NCBI GenBank assembly: GCA_022824005.1
Contig: JAJEBG010000051.1
Span: 5,143-69,142, forward strand
Origin: Paracoccaceae bacterium
Lineage (GTDB): Bacteria > Pseudomonadota > Alphaproteobacteria > Rhodobacterales > Rhodobacteraceae
Length of the DNA: 64,000 bases
Reading direction: 5' to 3'
Within the stretch, counting starts at the first letter, position 1. Every line of letters starts with the position of its first letter. The translations under genes were made by a program, and so were the position numbers. This document shows positions 51,015-61,200 of this stretch, piece by piece. The notes under the pieces were generated by a model that was not told the DNA's origin, made no database searches, and saw only the letters and a program-made list of their open reading frames with translations.

Positions 51015-52025
51015 ATGGCAACAATGAATTTTCCCCCTTTTCCGATCCACCGGCCGCGTCGGCTGCGGGCACGAGGGGCCATTCGTGGACTGATTCAGGA
51101 AAATAATCTGATGATCTCTGACCTGATCTGGCCAATTTTTGTGACCGAAGGATCTCAGCCTGAATCGATTGATTCTATGGATGGTGTTTACTGTCTCCCG
51201 ATTAACCAAGCTGTTGAGGCCGCATCACGCGCCATTGATTGGGGCCTTCGTGCTATCGCGATTTTTCCCAGAGTGACACCGGAGCTCAAAACATCAGGAT
51301 GTGAAGAAGCGTGGAACCCCAATAATTTGGTCAATCGTACGACACGCGCGATTCGAAAAGCGGTCTCTGACCAGATCGAGATTATGCTTGATGTGGCCCT
51401 TGATCCTTACAATGCTGATGGTCACGATGGATTGTTTCGTAATGGCGAAGTGATCAATGACGCGACATTGGAATGCCTTGAGAAACAGGCTTTGAGCCAT
51501 GCCGAATCCGGTGCAAGTATTCTTGGACCTTCTGAAATGATGGATGGACGAATTGGCCGAATCCGGGCCGTCCTTGAATCCAATGGCTACCCCGACGTGA
51601 TTATTTTCTCCTATAGTGCCAAATATAACTCGGCCTTTTACGGACCCTTTCGTGAAGCCATCGGTACGGAACAGTTGTTGCGCGGTAGCAAGGCAAGTTA
51701 TCAGCTGGATGCGAGCAATTCAGATGAGGCTTTGCGCATGGTTCAACGCGATATCATGGAAGGCGCGGATGCTGTCATCATCAAGCCCGGCCTTCCCTAT
51801 CTTGATCTCTGTCAGCGTGTCAGTCGAGAGGTTCAGATCCCGACCTTTGCTTACCAAGTATCGGGGGAATACGCGATGATCAAAGCCGCTTCCAAACGGG
51901 GTTGGATCAATGGGGAGCAGGCCGTAATGGAAAGTTTGCTCGCCTTCAAACGTGCCGGTTGTCGCGGCATACTCACTTATTTTGCGCCCTTTGTGGCGCA
52001 ATGGATGCAGGGCATTGAAAATTGA
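51015..52025 (+). CDS. hemB: Porphobilinogen synthase (delta-aminolevulinate dehydratase)
   Basis: Start set at MATMNFPPFPIHRPRRLRA (51015). The active-site Lys region is VIIKPGLPYLD, and YQVSGEYAMIKAA is also present. Confidence 0.95.
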   Translation: MATMNFPPFPIHRPRRLRARGAIRGLIQENNLMISDLIWPIFVTEGSQPESIDSMDGVYCLPINQAVEAASRAIDWGLRAIAIFPRVTPELKTSGCEEAWNPNNLVNRTTRAIRKAVSDQIEIMLDVALDPYNADGHDGLFRNGEVINDATLECLEKQALSHAESGASILGPSEMMDGRIGRIRAVLESNGYPDVIIFSYSAKYNSAFYGPFREAIGTEQLLRGSKASYQLDASNSDEALRMVQRDIMEGADAVIIKPGLPYLDLCQRVSREVQIPTFAYQVSGEYAMIKAASKRGWINGEQAVMESLLAFKRAGCRGILTYFAPFVAQWMQGIEN

Positions 52026-52092
52026 CGGGGATGGTTATAACCAATAACCAAAAAGACGCCGCTAATGGCGATCCCAATATGAGGTAAAGCAA

Positions 52093-52662
52093 ATGAAAAA
52101 CGTTAATCGGAGACATTTTTTGGGCGGCACGGCCGCTGCTTTTATCTATCCCGCGTCGGTCTCAGCAAGGACCATTGACCGCCGAGGAAAGCAGAAGATT
52201 GATGCCATGGCCGACTCGGCCATCAACTATATGACGACCTATTTCCCGTCCACCAAGGAAATGGTTGATATGGCGTCGGGATTTCTGATCATGCCGCTTA
52301 TTACGCAAGGCGGATTGGTGTTTGGCGCGGCCCTGGGTGATGGCGTTCTTCGGATCAATGGCGAAAGCGCGGATTATTATCAATCCGTTCAAATCAATGT
52401 CGGTTTGCAAGTGAGCGCTGTTCAGTATTCACAAGCCCTATTCTTTCTCAACGATAATGCGCTGAATCGTTTCCGTTACTCGAGTGGCTGGAAATTTGGT
52501 GCCGGTATGCGCTACGTTGTTATTGAAGATACACAGTCATTGAGTTCCGACACCTTGTCACGATCGGTTGATGTGGCCGCGTTCAATTTTGGCGATAGCG
52601 GTTTGCATGTCGGAGTGGCTGTTGAGGGAACAAAATTTACACCGCTTCAAAGTATCGGTTGA
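52093..52662 (+). CDS. Tat-exported SYLF/DUF500 (Ysc84-like) domain protein
   Basis: Twin-arginine signal MKNVNRRHFLGGTAAAFIYPASVSA. The body (GFLIMPLITQGGLVFGAALGDGVL...VGLQVSAV...) resembles SYLF-domain proteins. Confidence 0.55.
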   Translation: MKNVNRRHFLGGTAAAFIYPASVSARTIDRRGKQKIDAMADSAINYMTTYFPSTKEMVDMASGFLIMPLITQGGLVFGAALGDGVLRINGESADYYQSVQINVGLQVSAVQYSQALFFLNDNALNRFRYSSGWKFGAGMRYVVIEDTQSLSSDTLSRSVDVAAFNFGDSGLHVGVAVEGTKFTPLQSIG

Positions 52663-52697
52663 TCGTCATCAAGTCGTGCGGTGATTTGTCCTTCACA

Positions 52698-53591
52698 TCA
52701 AGTTGAATTTTGAGGTGACGATTTAAACGCCCGCAATCGTTGAATGAGGCTTGAGGTGTCCCAGCGGCCGCCGCCGAGCGACTGGACATCCTTGTAGAAT
52801 TGGTCGACGAGCGAAGTGACTGGCAGACTCGTGCCATATTCATTGGCCGTGGCAAGGCAAATGCCTAAATCTTTCCGCATCCAATCGACCGCGAAACCAA
52901 AATCAAAATTACCATCAAGCATCGTCTCATAGCGATTGTCCATTTGCCAAGAGCCTGCGGCACCGGCCCGGATGACATCAATCACCTGTTTTCCATCCAA
53001 ACCGACTTCATCGGCGAAATTCAGCCCCTCTGAAAGACCTTGAAGCAATCCAGCGATACAAATTTGATTCACCATCTTGGTCAATTGCCCGGCGCCCGTT
53101 TCGCCGAGCCGGCGGCAAACCTTGGCATAGGAATTGATAATGGGTTGGGCGCGATTGAACGCGTCCTCGGGACCGCCGCACATCACAGATAGTGCCCCAT
53201 TCTCGGCCCCCGCTTGCCCGCCGGAGACCGGTGCATCAACAAAGTAGATTCCAGACGCCTTGGCTTCCTGACTTAACTCTTGCGTGATTCGGGCCGATAC
53301 TGTCGTATGGTCAACAAAAATACTTTCTGGTTTCATCGTCGCGAAAGCGCCAACCTCGCCGCGACAAATTTGCGCCAAATCTTGGTCGTTGCCAACGCAG
53401 GCGAAAACAAATTCTGATTCTTCTGCGGCCGCGGCAGGAGTCGGTTGAGAAGCCCCGTGATACGTCTTTTTCCAAGCGTCAGCTTTGCTTTGGGTTCGAT
53501 TGTAGACCGTGACATCGTGTCCGTGAGAGGCCAAATGGCCGGCCATCGGAAAACCCATCACACCGAGTCCGATAAAGGTGACTTTAGCCAT
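52698..53591 (-). CDS. NAD(P)-dependent oxidoreductase, 3-hydroxyisobutyrate dehydrogenase family
   Basis: Start set at MAKVTFIGLGVMGFPMAGHLA (53591), a Rossmann fingerprint. DAPVSGG is also present, and the C-terminal domain is typical of the family. The ORF track extends to 53738. Confidence 0.85.
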   Translation of the reverse strand: MAKVTFIGLGVMGFPMAGHLASHGHDVTVYNRTQSKADAWKKTYHGASQPTPAAAAEESEFVFACVGNDQDLAQICRGEVGAFATMKPESIFVDHTTVSARITQELSQEAKASGIYFVDAPVSGGQAGAENGALSVMCGGPEDAFNRAQPIINSYAKVCRRLGETGAGQLTKMVNQICIAGLLQGLSEGLNFADEVGLDGKQVIDVIRAGAAGSWQMDNRYETMLDGNFDFGFAVDWMRKDLGICLATANEYGTSLPVTSLVDQFYKDVQSLGGGRWDTSSLIQRLRAFKSSPQNST

Positions 53592-53679
53592 TGCTAAAAC
53601 TCCATGACATTTTAATTGCGTCAAGCGAGATGTTATAATCGAAAAGTGGCGCGGCTTCCAATCAGGTTGGATTTTTTTG

Positions 53680-56163
53680 ATGACAATAATTTTGAAATGG
53701 CTTCTCCGAATAGGAATAGTTGCCATCGGATTGGCCATCGCGTCAGCTTTCCTTGTCTATTTCCTTCTTGCCAGATCATTGCCCGATTATGCGGCCACTC
53801 ATGAAGTCAACGGCATTAATGGGCCAGTGGAAATTGTTCGAGACCGCTACGCGATTCCCCACATTTTTGGCGGCACCGATGATGATGTTTTTTTTGGGCT
53901 TGGTTTTGCCCATGCCCAAGACCGATTGTGGCAAATGGCTTTGCTGCGCCGGACGGCTTACGGCCGTCTGTCTGAAATCTTTGGGCCTCAAACCTTAGCC
54001 GTTGACCGAATGATGCGGGTGTTTGATGTCCATGCCCTATCGGTTAAGGCCTTTGATGAACAAGACACGCCGACTCAATCGGCGCTCAATGCCTATGCTC
54101 AGGGCGTCAATGCTTGGCTTCGGATTGTGGATCAAAGCTTTCTTCAATCTACCGCCCCGGAATTCCTGTTCATTGACAGCAATATCAGGCCGTGGGAGCC
54201 TTTTGATTCCTTGGCTATTCTCAATCTCCAGGCGATCAATCTCAGCGATCACGCGGCTCGCGAGGTTCTAAAGGCGCGGGCCTTAAGTCGAGTGACCGAA
54301 GAGCGATTGAACGACCTGATGCCAAGCGAGCCCGGCGGTGGATTTGTGGGTGGGTTTCCAAAAGTTATCTCTCGGGCGAATGAAGACATGAATGTCCGGC
54401 GCTCGCTTGCCGAATCAAACCATGAGCCGCGCGTATTCCCATTCAACCCAATGGAACGGTCGACGGGCGCTTCGAATATGTGGGCCGCCAGTGCAAACCA
54501 AACCTTGAGTGGTGCGCCGCTTCTCGCGTCCGACCCGCATTTGGATTTCAGTGCCCCGTCCATTTGGATGTTGGCCCGTCTTGAACTTTCCACTGGCGGG
54601 GTTATCGGTGCGACCATCCCTGGCTCTCCCATAATCATCAATGGGCGGTCGCCCAATTTAGCTTGGGGAGTGACAGCATCTTATGTCGATGATCAGGATG
54701 TTTTTTTTGAGAAATATTCCCCATTTTCACAATCTCAGTATCAAACGCCTCTCGGCAGCGCCGATTTTCGGACCAAAATTGAGGTGATTGCCGTCAAAGG
54801 CGAAAATCCAGAACAAATCCAACTTCAATGGACCGACAATGGTCCGGTGCTACCCGAAGACTTTTTTGCCCTTAGAGAAATCCTGCCTCGCGACCAATTT
54901 GCGTCCCTAGGATGGACATTGTTTGATGAACGAAACACCTCAATGACCGCCGGGCTTCGCTTGATGAAAGCGGCGACCATTGACGAAGCCCTCGACGCGG
55001 CTTCCCTGCATCGCTCGCCCCAATTAAATCTTCTGATTGCCAGTCGCTCTGAAATCGCCATGCAGGTCATCGGCTCGGTCCCTCGCCGCTCTCTTTTTCA
55101 TGAGACCATGGGAGATATGCCGTCGGCGGGATGGAAGTGGCGCAACCGCTGGCAGGGAGAAATGCCCTACTCGACCTTGCCGCGCTTTCGTAACCCGCAG
55201 AACGGATTTCTCGGAAATACCAACAATAAAGTGATTGATCGGCCTTTCCCCGATCATCTTAGCCATTACTGGGGTGATACTTTTCGATTTAAACGTCTTG
55301 AAGAATTGCTGTTGGCACGCCAGGACCATACCGTTGACAGTTTTGCCAATATCCAATTGGACAATTTGTCGTTAGTGGCGCGGGTGCTCATTCCAGAATT
55401 TGCCCGCAATCTGTGGAAAACCATGGAAACTGTGAGTCTCGACGAATCGGTTCAATTCCGAAACACAGCTTTGAAAAGACTTTATAACTGGGACGGGATG
55501 ATGGATGCCAATCGTCCCGAGCCTTTGATTTATGCCGCTTGGGCCCGAGCCGTTCAAAGACAATTGATCAGTGACGAACTCGGCGATCTTGACAGCGAAT
55601 TTCGTCGCCCCGACCCAAAGTTTCTTGAACGTGTTTTTGAGAATATTGATGGTGCCGCGATCTGGTGCGATATCATCCAAACGGAAGTGACGGAAAGTTG
55701 TGACGATATTGCGATCCTCGCCCTTGATGAGGCCCTTTCCCAACTGCGTCATGAATACGGGTCCGATATACGCACCTGGCGTTGGGGGGATGCCCATCAA
55801 GCGGTTCATGATCATCAAATTCTCGCCGAATCAACATGGCTGTCATGGCTTTTTGGCATTCGACAACCCGTCTCCGGCGGTGACCACACGCTCAATATGG
55901 AAAAGATGTCGGCCGAAGGCCGATCCCCATTCAATAGTCAACATGGTCCGGGTTATCGTGGAATCTATGATTTTTCTGATCTTGATTCGTCCCGTTATAT
56001 TATCTCGACGGGTCAAAGCGGCCATCCCCTATCACCGCATTTTGATGACCAGAACGCATTGTGGAAGGCGGGAGGATATGCGGTGATGTCATTAGACCCG
56101 GCACATGCAAGGGTCAATGCCGTTGGAATTACCGCACTCGAACCTGCGCCCGACCGAAATTAG
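53680..56163 (+). CDS. Penicillin acylase-family Ntn hydrolase (possible acyl-homoserine-lactone acylase), N-terminally anchored
   Basis: About 827 aa with an N-terminal hydrophobic helix (IVAIGLAIASAFLVYFLLA). GASNMWA supplies the expected nucleophile Ser at the beta-subunit N-terminus. LASDPHL is also present. Confidence 0.85.
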   Translation: MTIILKWLLRIGIVAIGLAIASAFLVYFLLARSLPDYAATHEVNGINGPVEIVRDRYAIPHIFGGTDDDVFFGLGFAHAQDRLWQMALLRRTAYGRLSEIFGPQTLAVDRMMRVFDVHALSVKAFDEQDTPTQSALNAYAQGVNAWLRIVDQSFLQSTAPEFLFIDSNIRPWEPFDSLAILNLQAINLSDHAAREVLKARALSRVTEERLNDLMPSEPGGGFVGGFPKVISRANEDMNVRRSLAESNHEPRVFPFNPMERSTGASNMWAASANQTLSGAPLLASDPHLDFSAPSIWMLARLELSTGGVIGATIPGSPIIINGRSPNLAWGVTASYVDDQDVFFEKYSPFSQSQYQTPLGSADFRTKIEVIAVKGENPEQIQLQWTDNGPVLPEDFFALREILPRDQFASLGWTLFDERNTSMTAGLRLMKAATIDEALDAASLHRSPQLNLLIASRSEIAMQVIGSVPRRSLFHETMGDMPSAGWKWRNRWQGEMPYSTLPRFRNPQNGFLGNTNNKVIDRPFPDHLSHYWGDTFRFKRLEELLLARQDHTVDSFANIQLDNLSLVARVLIPEFARNLWKTMETVSLDESVQFRNTALKRLYNWDGMMDANRPEPLIYAAWARAVQRQLISDELGDLDSEFRRPDPKFLERVFENIDGAAIWCDIIQTEVTESCDDIAILALDEALSQLRHEYGSDIRTWRWGDAHQAVHDHQILAESTWLSWLFGIRQPVSGGDHTLNMEKMSAEGRSPFNSQHGPGYRGIYDFSDLDSSRYIISTGQSGHPLSPHFDDQNALWKAGGYAVMSLDPAHARVNAVGITALEPAPDRN

Positions 56164-56178
56164 ACGTCGCGTTTCGAC

Positions 56179-56430
56179 TTAATTAGTGGTTTCGTTTTCT
56201 GATGAGGGAGGATGCAGGAAAACCGGTTCACTTGGAACAATTGTGGAGATCGCGTGCTTATAAACGAGTTGCGACAGATGATCACGCTTCAAGAGCAGGC
56301 AATATTTCTCAAATGCCGAAATATGACCTGTGAGTTTGACGCCGCTCACCAAGAATACGGTCACGGGTGTTCGGGTCTTTCTTAATGTATTAAGAAACGC
56401 GTCCTGAAGAGATGATTTTTCACCGGTCAT
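56179..56430 (-). CDS. hfq: RNA chaperone Hfq
   Basis: 83 aa; [59 protein letters not shown] is a canonical Sm1/Sm2 sequence. Confidence 0.97.
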   Translation of the reverse strand: MTGEKSSLQDAFLNTLRKTRTPVTVFLVSGVKLTGHISAFEKYCLLLKRDHLSQLVYKHAISTIVPSEPVFLHPPSSENETTN

Positions 56431-56478
56431 AGATTTTTCCAGATTGACTTGCTGCTCGTTGGATTTGTCTTCTACCCT

Positions 56479-58029
56479 TTATGCAGTGCTCTGTCCAGTT
56501 TTCGCTTGGGTAAAAAATCGGGGGTTCAAGAGTGACAGGAGAGCGAGCAATTCAAGGCGGCCGATGATCATGGCGACACATAAGAAAATTTTCGATGCTG
56601 AACTCAACTCTCCATGAAAAAAGTCCCAACCCAGTTTGGCGTTGGCCAGTGGGCCGGTGTTGGTCAGGGAGGAAATCGACAGGATAAAAGCTTGCACAAA
56701 GTCACAACCGCCCAGTGTCAACAAGAGAGCGAATAGTGCCAGCAACAAGAAAAACAACATGACAAAAATGCTGGCGATCACAAATCGCTCGTCATGCAAA
56801 TTCCTTGCCGTGTGAGGTTGCGAGGGCACCGAAGACGGATAGGCCAAGTGACTCAATTCTGTGGCCCCAAACCGCAACAATCTCTCCACCCTGAGCAATT
56901 TGAGGCCGCTGGCTGTCGTGGCGACGCCGCCGCCTATTAAGGCCATTCCCATCAAGGCAAACAAAACAAAATCCTGAGTTTGAAAAGTGACAGCGGATTC
57001 CCAATGGATGGAACGGAACCCCGTCGTGGTAAGGAAAGATAACACAGAAAAAATGTATCCCCACATCATCTCTAGCATTGCCGTCATATCGGCCCCTGTC
57101 CGAATGGCGGCGAGGTCCTTGTGATGAAATAAAATGACAAGAACGATACAAACAAACACAAATAGAAGGGCCAAAGACCATTCGCGTTCAACTCTATAAG
57201 CCATTCGAAGTGTCCCCTGTCGAAACAGTGACAATGACCAGCGAGATAGGGCAAACACAAAAAACACGCAGATGAAGAATTCCCCAAGAAATTGATGGCT
57301 TGCCGCTGAAAAACCTCCATTCAAAGTGATTCCGCTTGTCGATAGCGTCGACATCGCGGCGATGAGGGATTCGATGGGTGCCTCCCCTGTGACCAATAAC
57401 AGCAGCCAAAGAATGACCGTCAGCCCGACATAAATGAAAGACAATTGAATCATACCGCGTTTCGTCAGACCGTCAGATACCGCCCCCGTTAACGGTGAGA
57501 GGGGCGTTGACGATGGCTCGGTCGTTTCAAAACCTCCAATACCCAAGGGCAAGAAAATGGCAGCGGCGGCGAGCCAGATCAACAATCCCCCCAACCAAGC
57601 GACTTCAGCTCGCCAAAAAATCACCGCTACCGGTAGCGATTGTCCGTTTGGGGTTAAATCGATGGGCCCTTGCAAGACCGACGCGCCCGTCGTTGTCAGG
57701 CAGGACACCATCTCAAAGTAGAGATCGATGGCTTGAGTCGGAACCTCTAATGCCAGTTTGATGGGGACGGCGGCGATCGCCGGCACAGTGAGGAATATGA
57801 TGATCAACGCCACGAATTGGGCGATCGCCTGTCTTCCTTGACCTTTGTGAGACAAGGATGCCAATTGAGCCATGAATGAGAAGAGGATGGTCAACAATCC
57901 ACAATAGAAAAAAGATTGCGAAATACTGTGTTCATTATCGATGACCGAGACAAGAGCTGGCCCTAACATTGCCAACCCAAAGACCAAATAACAGCCGATC
58001 ACGAGGGAAAGATCAATGGGTTGACGCAT
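56479..58029 (-). CDS. trkH: Trk-system potassium uptake protein TrkH
   Basis: 516-aa polytopic ORF with TrkH-like pore-loop segments (TTTGAS, TSGITL, TTTGF, TNTGP). Overlaps the trkA 3' end by 17 nt. Confidence 0.9.
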   Translation of the reverse strand: MRQPIDLSLVIGCYLVFGLAMLGPALVSVIDNEHSISQSFFYCGLLTILFSFMAQLASLSHKGQGRQAIAQFVALIIIFLTVPAIAAVPIKLALEVPTQAIDLYFEMVSCLTTTGASVLQGPIDLTPNGQSLPVAVIFWRAEVAWLGGLLIWLAAAAIFLPLGIGGFETTEPSSTPLSPLTGAVSDGLTKRGMIQLSFIYVGLTVILWLLLLVTGEAPIESLIAAMSTLSTSGITLNGGFSAASHQFLGEFFICVFFVFALSRWSLSLFRQGTLRMAYRVEREWSLALLFVFVCIVLVILFHHKDLAAIRTGADMTAMLEMMWGYIFSVLSFLTTTGFRSIHWESAVTFQTQDFVLFALMGMALIGGGVATTASGLKLLRVERLLRFGATELSHLAYPSSVPSQPHTARNLHDERFVIASIFVMLFFLLLALFALLLTLGGCDFVQAFILSISSLTNTGPLANAKLGWDFFHGELSSASKIFLCVAMIIGRLELLALLSLLNPRFFTQAKTGQSTA

Positions 58030-59404
58030 TCGAATCGAGTTGTTGCAAGAGATCTATGACATCTTTTTTTAGGGCGAAGAACGCGACTTCATCACTGACT
58101 TCGAGGCGGGTCTCCGGGGTCACCTTGACGATTTTCCCCTTTTTCTTCAAGGCACCCACAAGAACGCGTTCCGGCAGTCCAGCATTACGAATCTTTCGTC
58201 CCACAAATTGAGCTTTTTCGGTAATCGTGGCTTCAATCAGTTCGGCTTCACGGTTGCCAATAAATCCCACTTTACGAATTTGCCGACCGCGGCAGCGGCT
58301 CAGGATATTGGACATAATCGTGCCGCGGGGATCAATGACGGCATCAATGTCGAGTTGTCCTGCCAATGGCATCAGGAAATGGTCATTAACGAGACTGACG
58401 GCCACCAAACCATCCTCTAATTTTTTGGCTTGGCTGGCCACCAAAAGGTTGGTTCGATCGTCGTGAGTGACGGCCACAATGGCGTCAGAGGAGTGGATTC
58501 CTGCCTCTTCCAAAACCTCCGCCGACATGGCGTTGGCATGGAGAATGACCGTCTTAATCATTGAATCGGCCGCCGCTTCAGCTCGGGCTCGATCTATCTC
58601 AATCATTTTCAGGCTGAAATTGCTCTTTTCCGTATCGAGATGTCGAGCCACTTCCATACCGACCCTGCCGGCCCCGGCCATGACGACACGGCGACACGGA
58701 TTGATCGTCTTGCCGAAGAGTTCCACTGTGCGCGACAAATCATCTTTTGAGGTACATAGATAGATTTCGTCCCCCTCAAATAATTGGTCGTTGGCCAGGG
58801 CGATACCGAGGCGGGAGTGGCGACGAAACCCGACAACAACGGCATTAAGGTCAGAAAAAAGTTCAGTTAGCTGCCTGAGAGGCGTGTTAAGCAAAGAACA
58901 TGATTGATCAAGTCGCAATCCACATAAAAAAGCCATCTCATCTTTAGAATTGTCATCTGCTAAGATTTTTCTCCTGTCGAAAAGAGACGGTGATTCAAGG
59001 AGTTGGACGGTATATTGTGCCAATTCTTTATCGGGGTTTATCGCTTCATCTATATAGCCGTTGCGTGTCGGCTGGCGTCCCAATATTTCCAGATAATGAT
59101 TATTTTTGAGCCGCGCCATTTTCCACGCTTGCGAGCCAAGGCGCTGCGCCACCAAGCATATGACGATATTGGCGTGATCGGATGGGGTGGCCGCGATGAT
59201 CAAATCGGCCCCTACAACATCGGCACTCTTGAGGACATCAGGGTCACCCGCCTCGCCGGTGATTCCTGAAACGCTTAACCGGCTGGTGAGCGAGCGAAGA
59301 AGATGGGCGTCACGATCAATGACCGTCAATTCGCAATCTTCTTCACTCAGATCACGACAGATTTGATTGCCGACTTCCCCGGCCCCACAAATGATGACTT
59401 TCAT
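58013..59404 (-). CDS. trkA: Trk-system NAD-binding subunit TrkA
   Basis: Start set at ATG 59404 (MKVIICGAGEVG); the ORF track begins at TTG 59410. Contains two RCK/KTN Rossmann domains, the second being VVMAGAGRVG. Confidence 0.93.
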   Translation of the reverse strand: MKVIICGAGEVGNQICRDLSEEDCELTVIDRDAHLLRSLTSRLSVSGITGEAGDPDVLKSADVVGADLIIAATPSDHANIVICLVAQRLGSQAWKMARLKNNHYLEILGRQPTRNGYIDEAINPDKELAQYTVQLLESPSLFDRRKILADDNSKDEMAFLCGLRLDQSCSLLNTPLRQLTELFSDLNAVVVGFRRHSRLGIALANDQLFEGDEIYLCTSKDDLSRTVELFGKTINPCRRVVMAGAGRVGMEVARHLDTEKSNFSLKMIEIDRARAEAAADSMIKTVILHANAMSAEVLEEAGIHSSDAIVAVTHDDRTNLLVASQAKKLEDGLVAVSLVNDHFLMPLAGQLDIDAVIDPRGTIMSNILSRCRGRQIRKVGFIGNREAELIEATITEKAQFVGRKIRNAGLPERVLVGALKKKGKIVKVTPETRLEVSDEVAFFALKKDVIDLLQQLDSNASTH

Positions 59405-59416
59405 TATCAAAATCCA

Positions 59417-60835
59417 TTAAACATCGCTGAGACCGAGATCAGCGTCTCCGTCCCCGTTGACGCCCATGGATGGGCTTCTCGTCTCAATCTGAAGTGATTT
59501 GATTTTACGATGTAGAGCTGACCTTTCCATACCGACAGATTTCGCGGCAATCGAAATGTTGCCATTGTGTCGCTGAAGTTGCGTCAGAAGATATTGGCGT
59601 TCAAATTCATTTCTAGCCTCCCGCAACGGCAATTTGAGGAGTTCTTCATTTTGTTCGTAAACCTCGGCCCCGAGCATCGATTCGGCGGTCATCAGGGTAA
59701 TTTCTTCAATGTCGATTGGGCCTTTGTTGTGCGGCAGGAATAACAATCTCTCCACCAAATTTCTCAATTGTCGGACATTTCCAGGCCACGACATGGTTTG
59801 TAATCTCTGCAACGCCGCTTGGCTAAATTCGCGGGGTTTGAGACCGCATTTTCGATGCAGGTCCCGAACGAGGTCTTCGCAGAGCGCCGGGATATCGTCA
59901 CGTCGGGAATCAAGGGCGGGGACTTCAATTGAGACCACTTGCAGTCGGTCAAAAAGATCCTGCGTTAAAGTGCCCTGTTTCAAATGATTTTCAATATTTT
60001 CGGAAGTTCCGGAGATAACTCGACAATTAAAGGTGACCACCCCTCCATTTTGGCGCTCGTATTCGCCTCTGACCAAGGCACTGACTAATCGTTTCTGAGC
60101 GTCAATCGGAAGGGCACAGATTTCATCAAGATAGAGGGTTCCTTCATGAACTTGTTCTAACAATCCGACTTTATAAGTTCCTTCAATAAGTTTTCCAAAC
60201 AATTGTTTTTCAATGGATTTACGGCGACAATTAACAGGAATAAATGGCTGAGATTGACGTCCCGAAATTTGATGCACATAGCGAGCCACATGTTCCTTTC
60301 CTGACCCGGCCGGGCCGAGCAACATAATTCGACAATTTTTCTCAGCATTCTTTTGCAATTTGTTCGTCAGACTCTTGATGGTGTTTGATTTGCCCGATAG
60401 CCGCACTTTTGGGGGCTCAAGCGCGCTGCCGAGGCGTCGGCAAAGGCGGCGGTCACGTCCCACTTCAATCGTGCGGCGGATAATTTCAAGGAGATATTGC
60501 GGCATGATGGGCTTTTCAATGAAGTCTGACGCGCCAAGCCGCATGGCTCTGACTCCAACTTCTAGCCGATCGTAACCCGATAACACGACCACCGGGAGAT
60601 CGGGTTCCATCTCTTTGAGTCTTTGGAGAAGCCAGATACCGTCCTTGTCCTCATCTTCAAGGCCGATATCAATCATTGCCATATCTGGAACACGTGATTT
60701 GAGAAGTTGCAGACAACCATCCGCGTCAACGGCTTTCTGAACGTCTAAACCCCTGATCGAAAGAAGTTCTTCGAGATTGTCGAGGAGTTCGACATCATCG
60801 TCGACAATAATGGCCTTGCCCAGTAATTTATCCAT
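59417..60835 (-). CDS. ntrX: Response regulator NtrX (receiver + AAA+ + Fis-type HTH)
   Basis: 472 aa with a receiver (IIVDDD...), Walker A GPAGSGKE, the WPGNVRQLRN motif and a C-terminal HTH. Position is ntrY-ntrX-trkA. Confidence 0.9.
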   Translation of the reverse strand: MDKLLGKAIIVDDDVELLDNLEELLSIRGLDVQKAVDADGCLQLLKSRVPDMAMIDIGLEDEDKDGIWLLQRLKEMEPDLPVVVLSGYDRLEVGVRAMRLGASDFIEKPIMPQYLLEIIRRTIEVGRDRRLCRRLGSALEPPKVRLSGKSNTIKSLTNKLQKNAEKNCRIMLLGPAGSGKEHVARYVHQISGRQSQPFIPVNCRRKSIEKQLFGKLIEGTYKVGLLEQVHEGTLYLDEICALPIDAQKRLVSALVRGEYERQNGGVVTFNCRVISGTSENIENHLKQGTLTQDLFDRLQVVSIEVPALDSRRDDIPALCEDLVRDLHRKCGLKPREFSQAALQRLQTMSWPGNVRQLRNLVERLLFLPHNKGPIDIEEITLMTAESMLGAEVYEQNEELLKLPLREARNEFERQYLLTQLQRHNGNISIAAKSVGMERSALHRKIKSLQIETRSPSMGVNGDGDADLGLSDV

Positions 60836-61200
60836 TCAAACCTCCGCCTCACCCATTTTTTTTGAAGCCCGTGTTTTTTGTGAACGGGTTGATTGTATCA
60901 TATCAAATCCCCGCATGAATTGCCTTTCAATTTCAGCATTGTGTCGGAAATTTTCCTGACATACGGCCGCGCGGGTGTCTTTCTCTCTTATAGCTGCTCA
61001 AGATGTCTTCTCGCCGTTGCTTGCTTTCTCATGTTTATCGCACAGGCTGAGTTGTGGTTAATGATAACATTTTCTAGAAGGCATCCTCAAACGACTTCCT
61101 TCTGAATCCGGCTTGCCCGCCGCCGTCAGCCCCTTTTGGGTGAACAAATAGATGATGACGCGTGCGCATTTATTCGTTGATCTTCGATAATATCCGAATC

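Noticed and set aside
60836-60860. Six-codon uORF (MGEAEV) ending immediately before the ntrX ATG.
   Set aside because: The sequence GAGGCGGAGG is simply the ntrX Shine-Dalgarno region, so the uORF is most likely coincidental.
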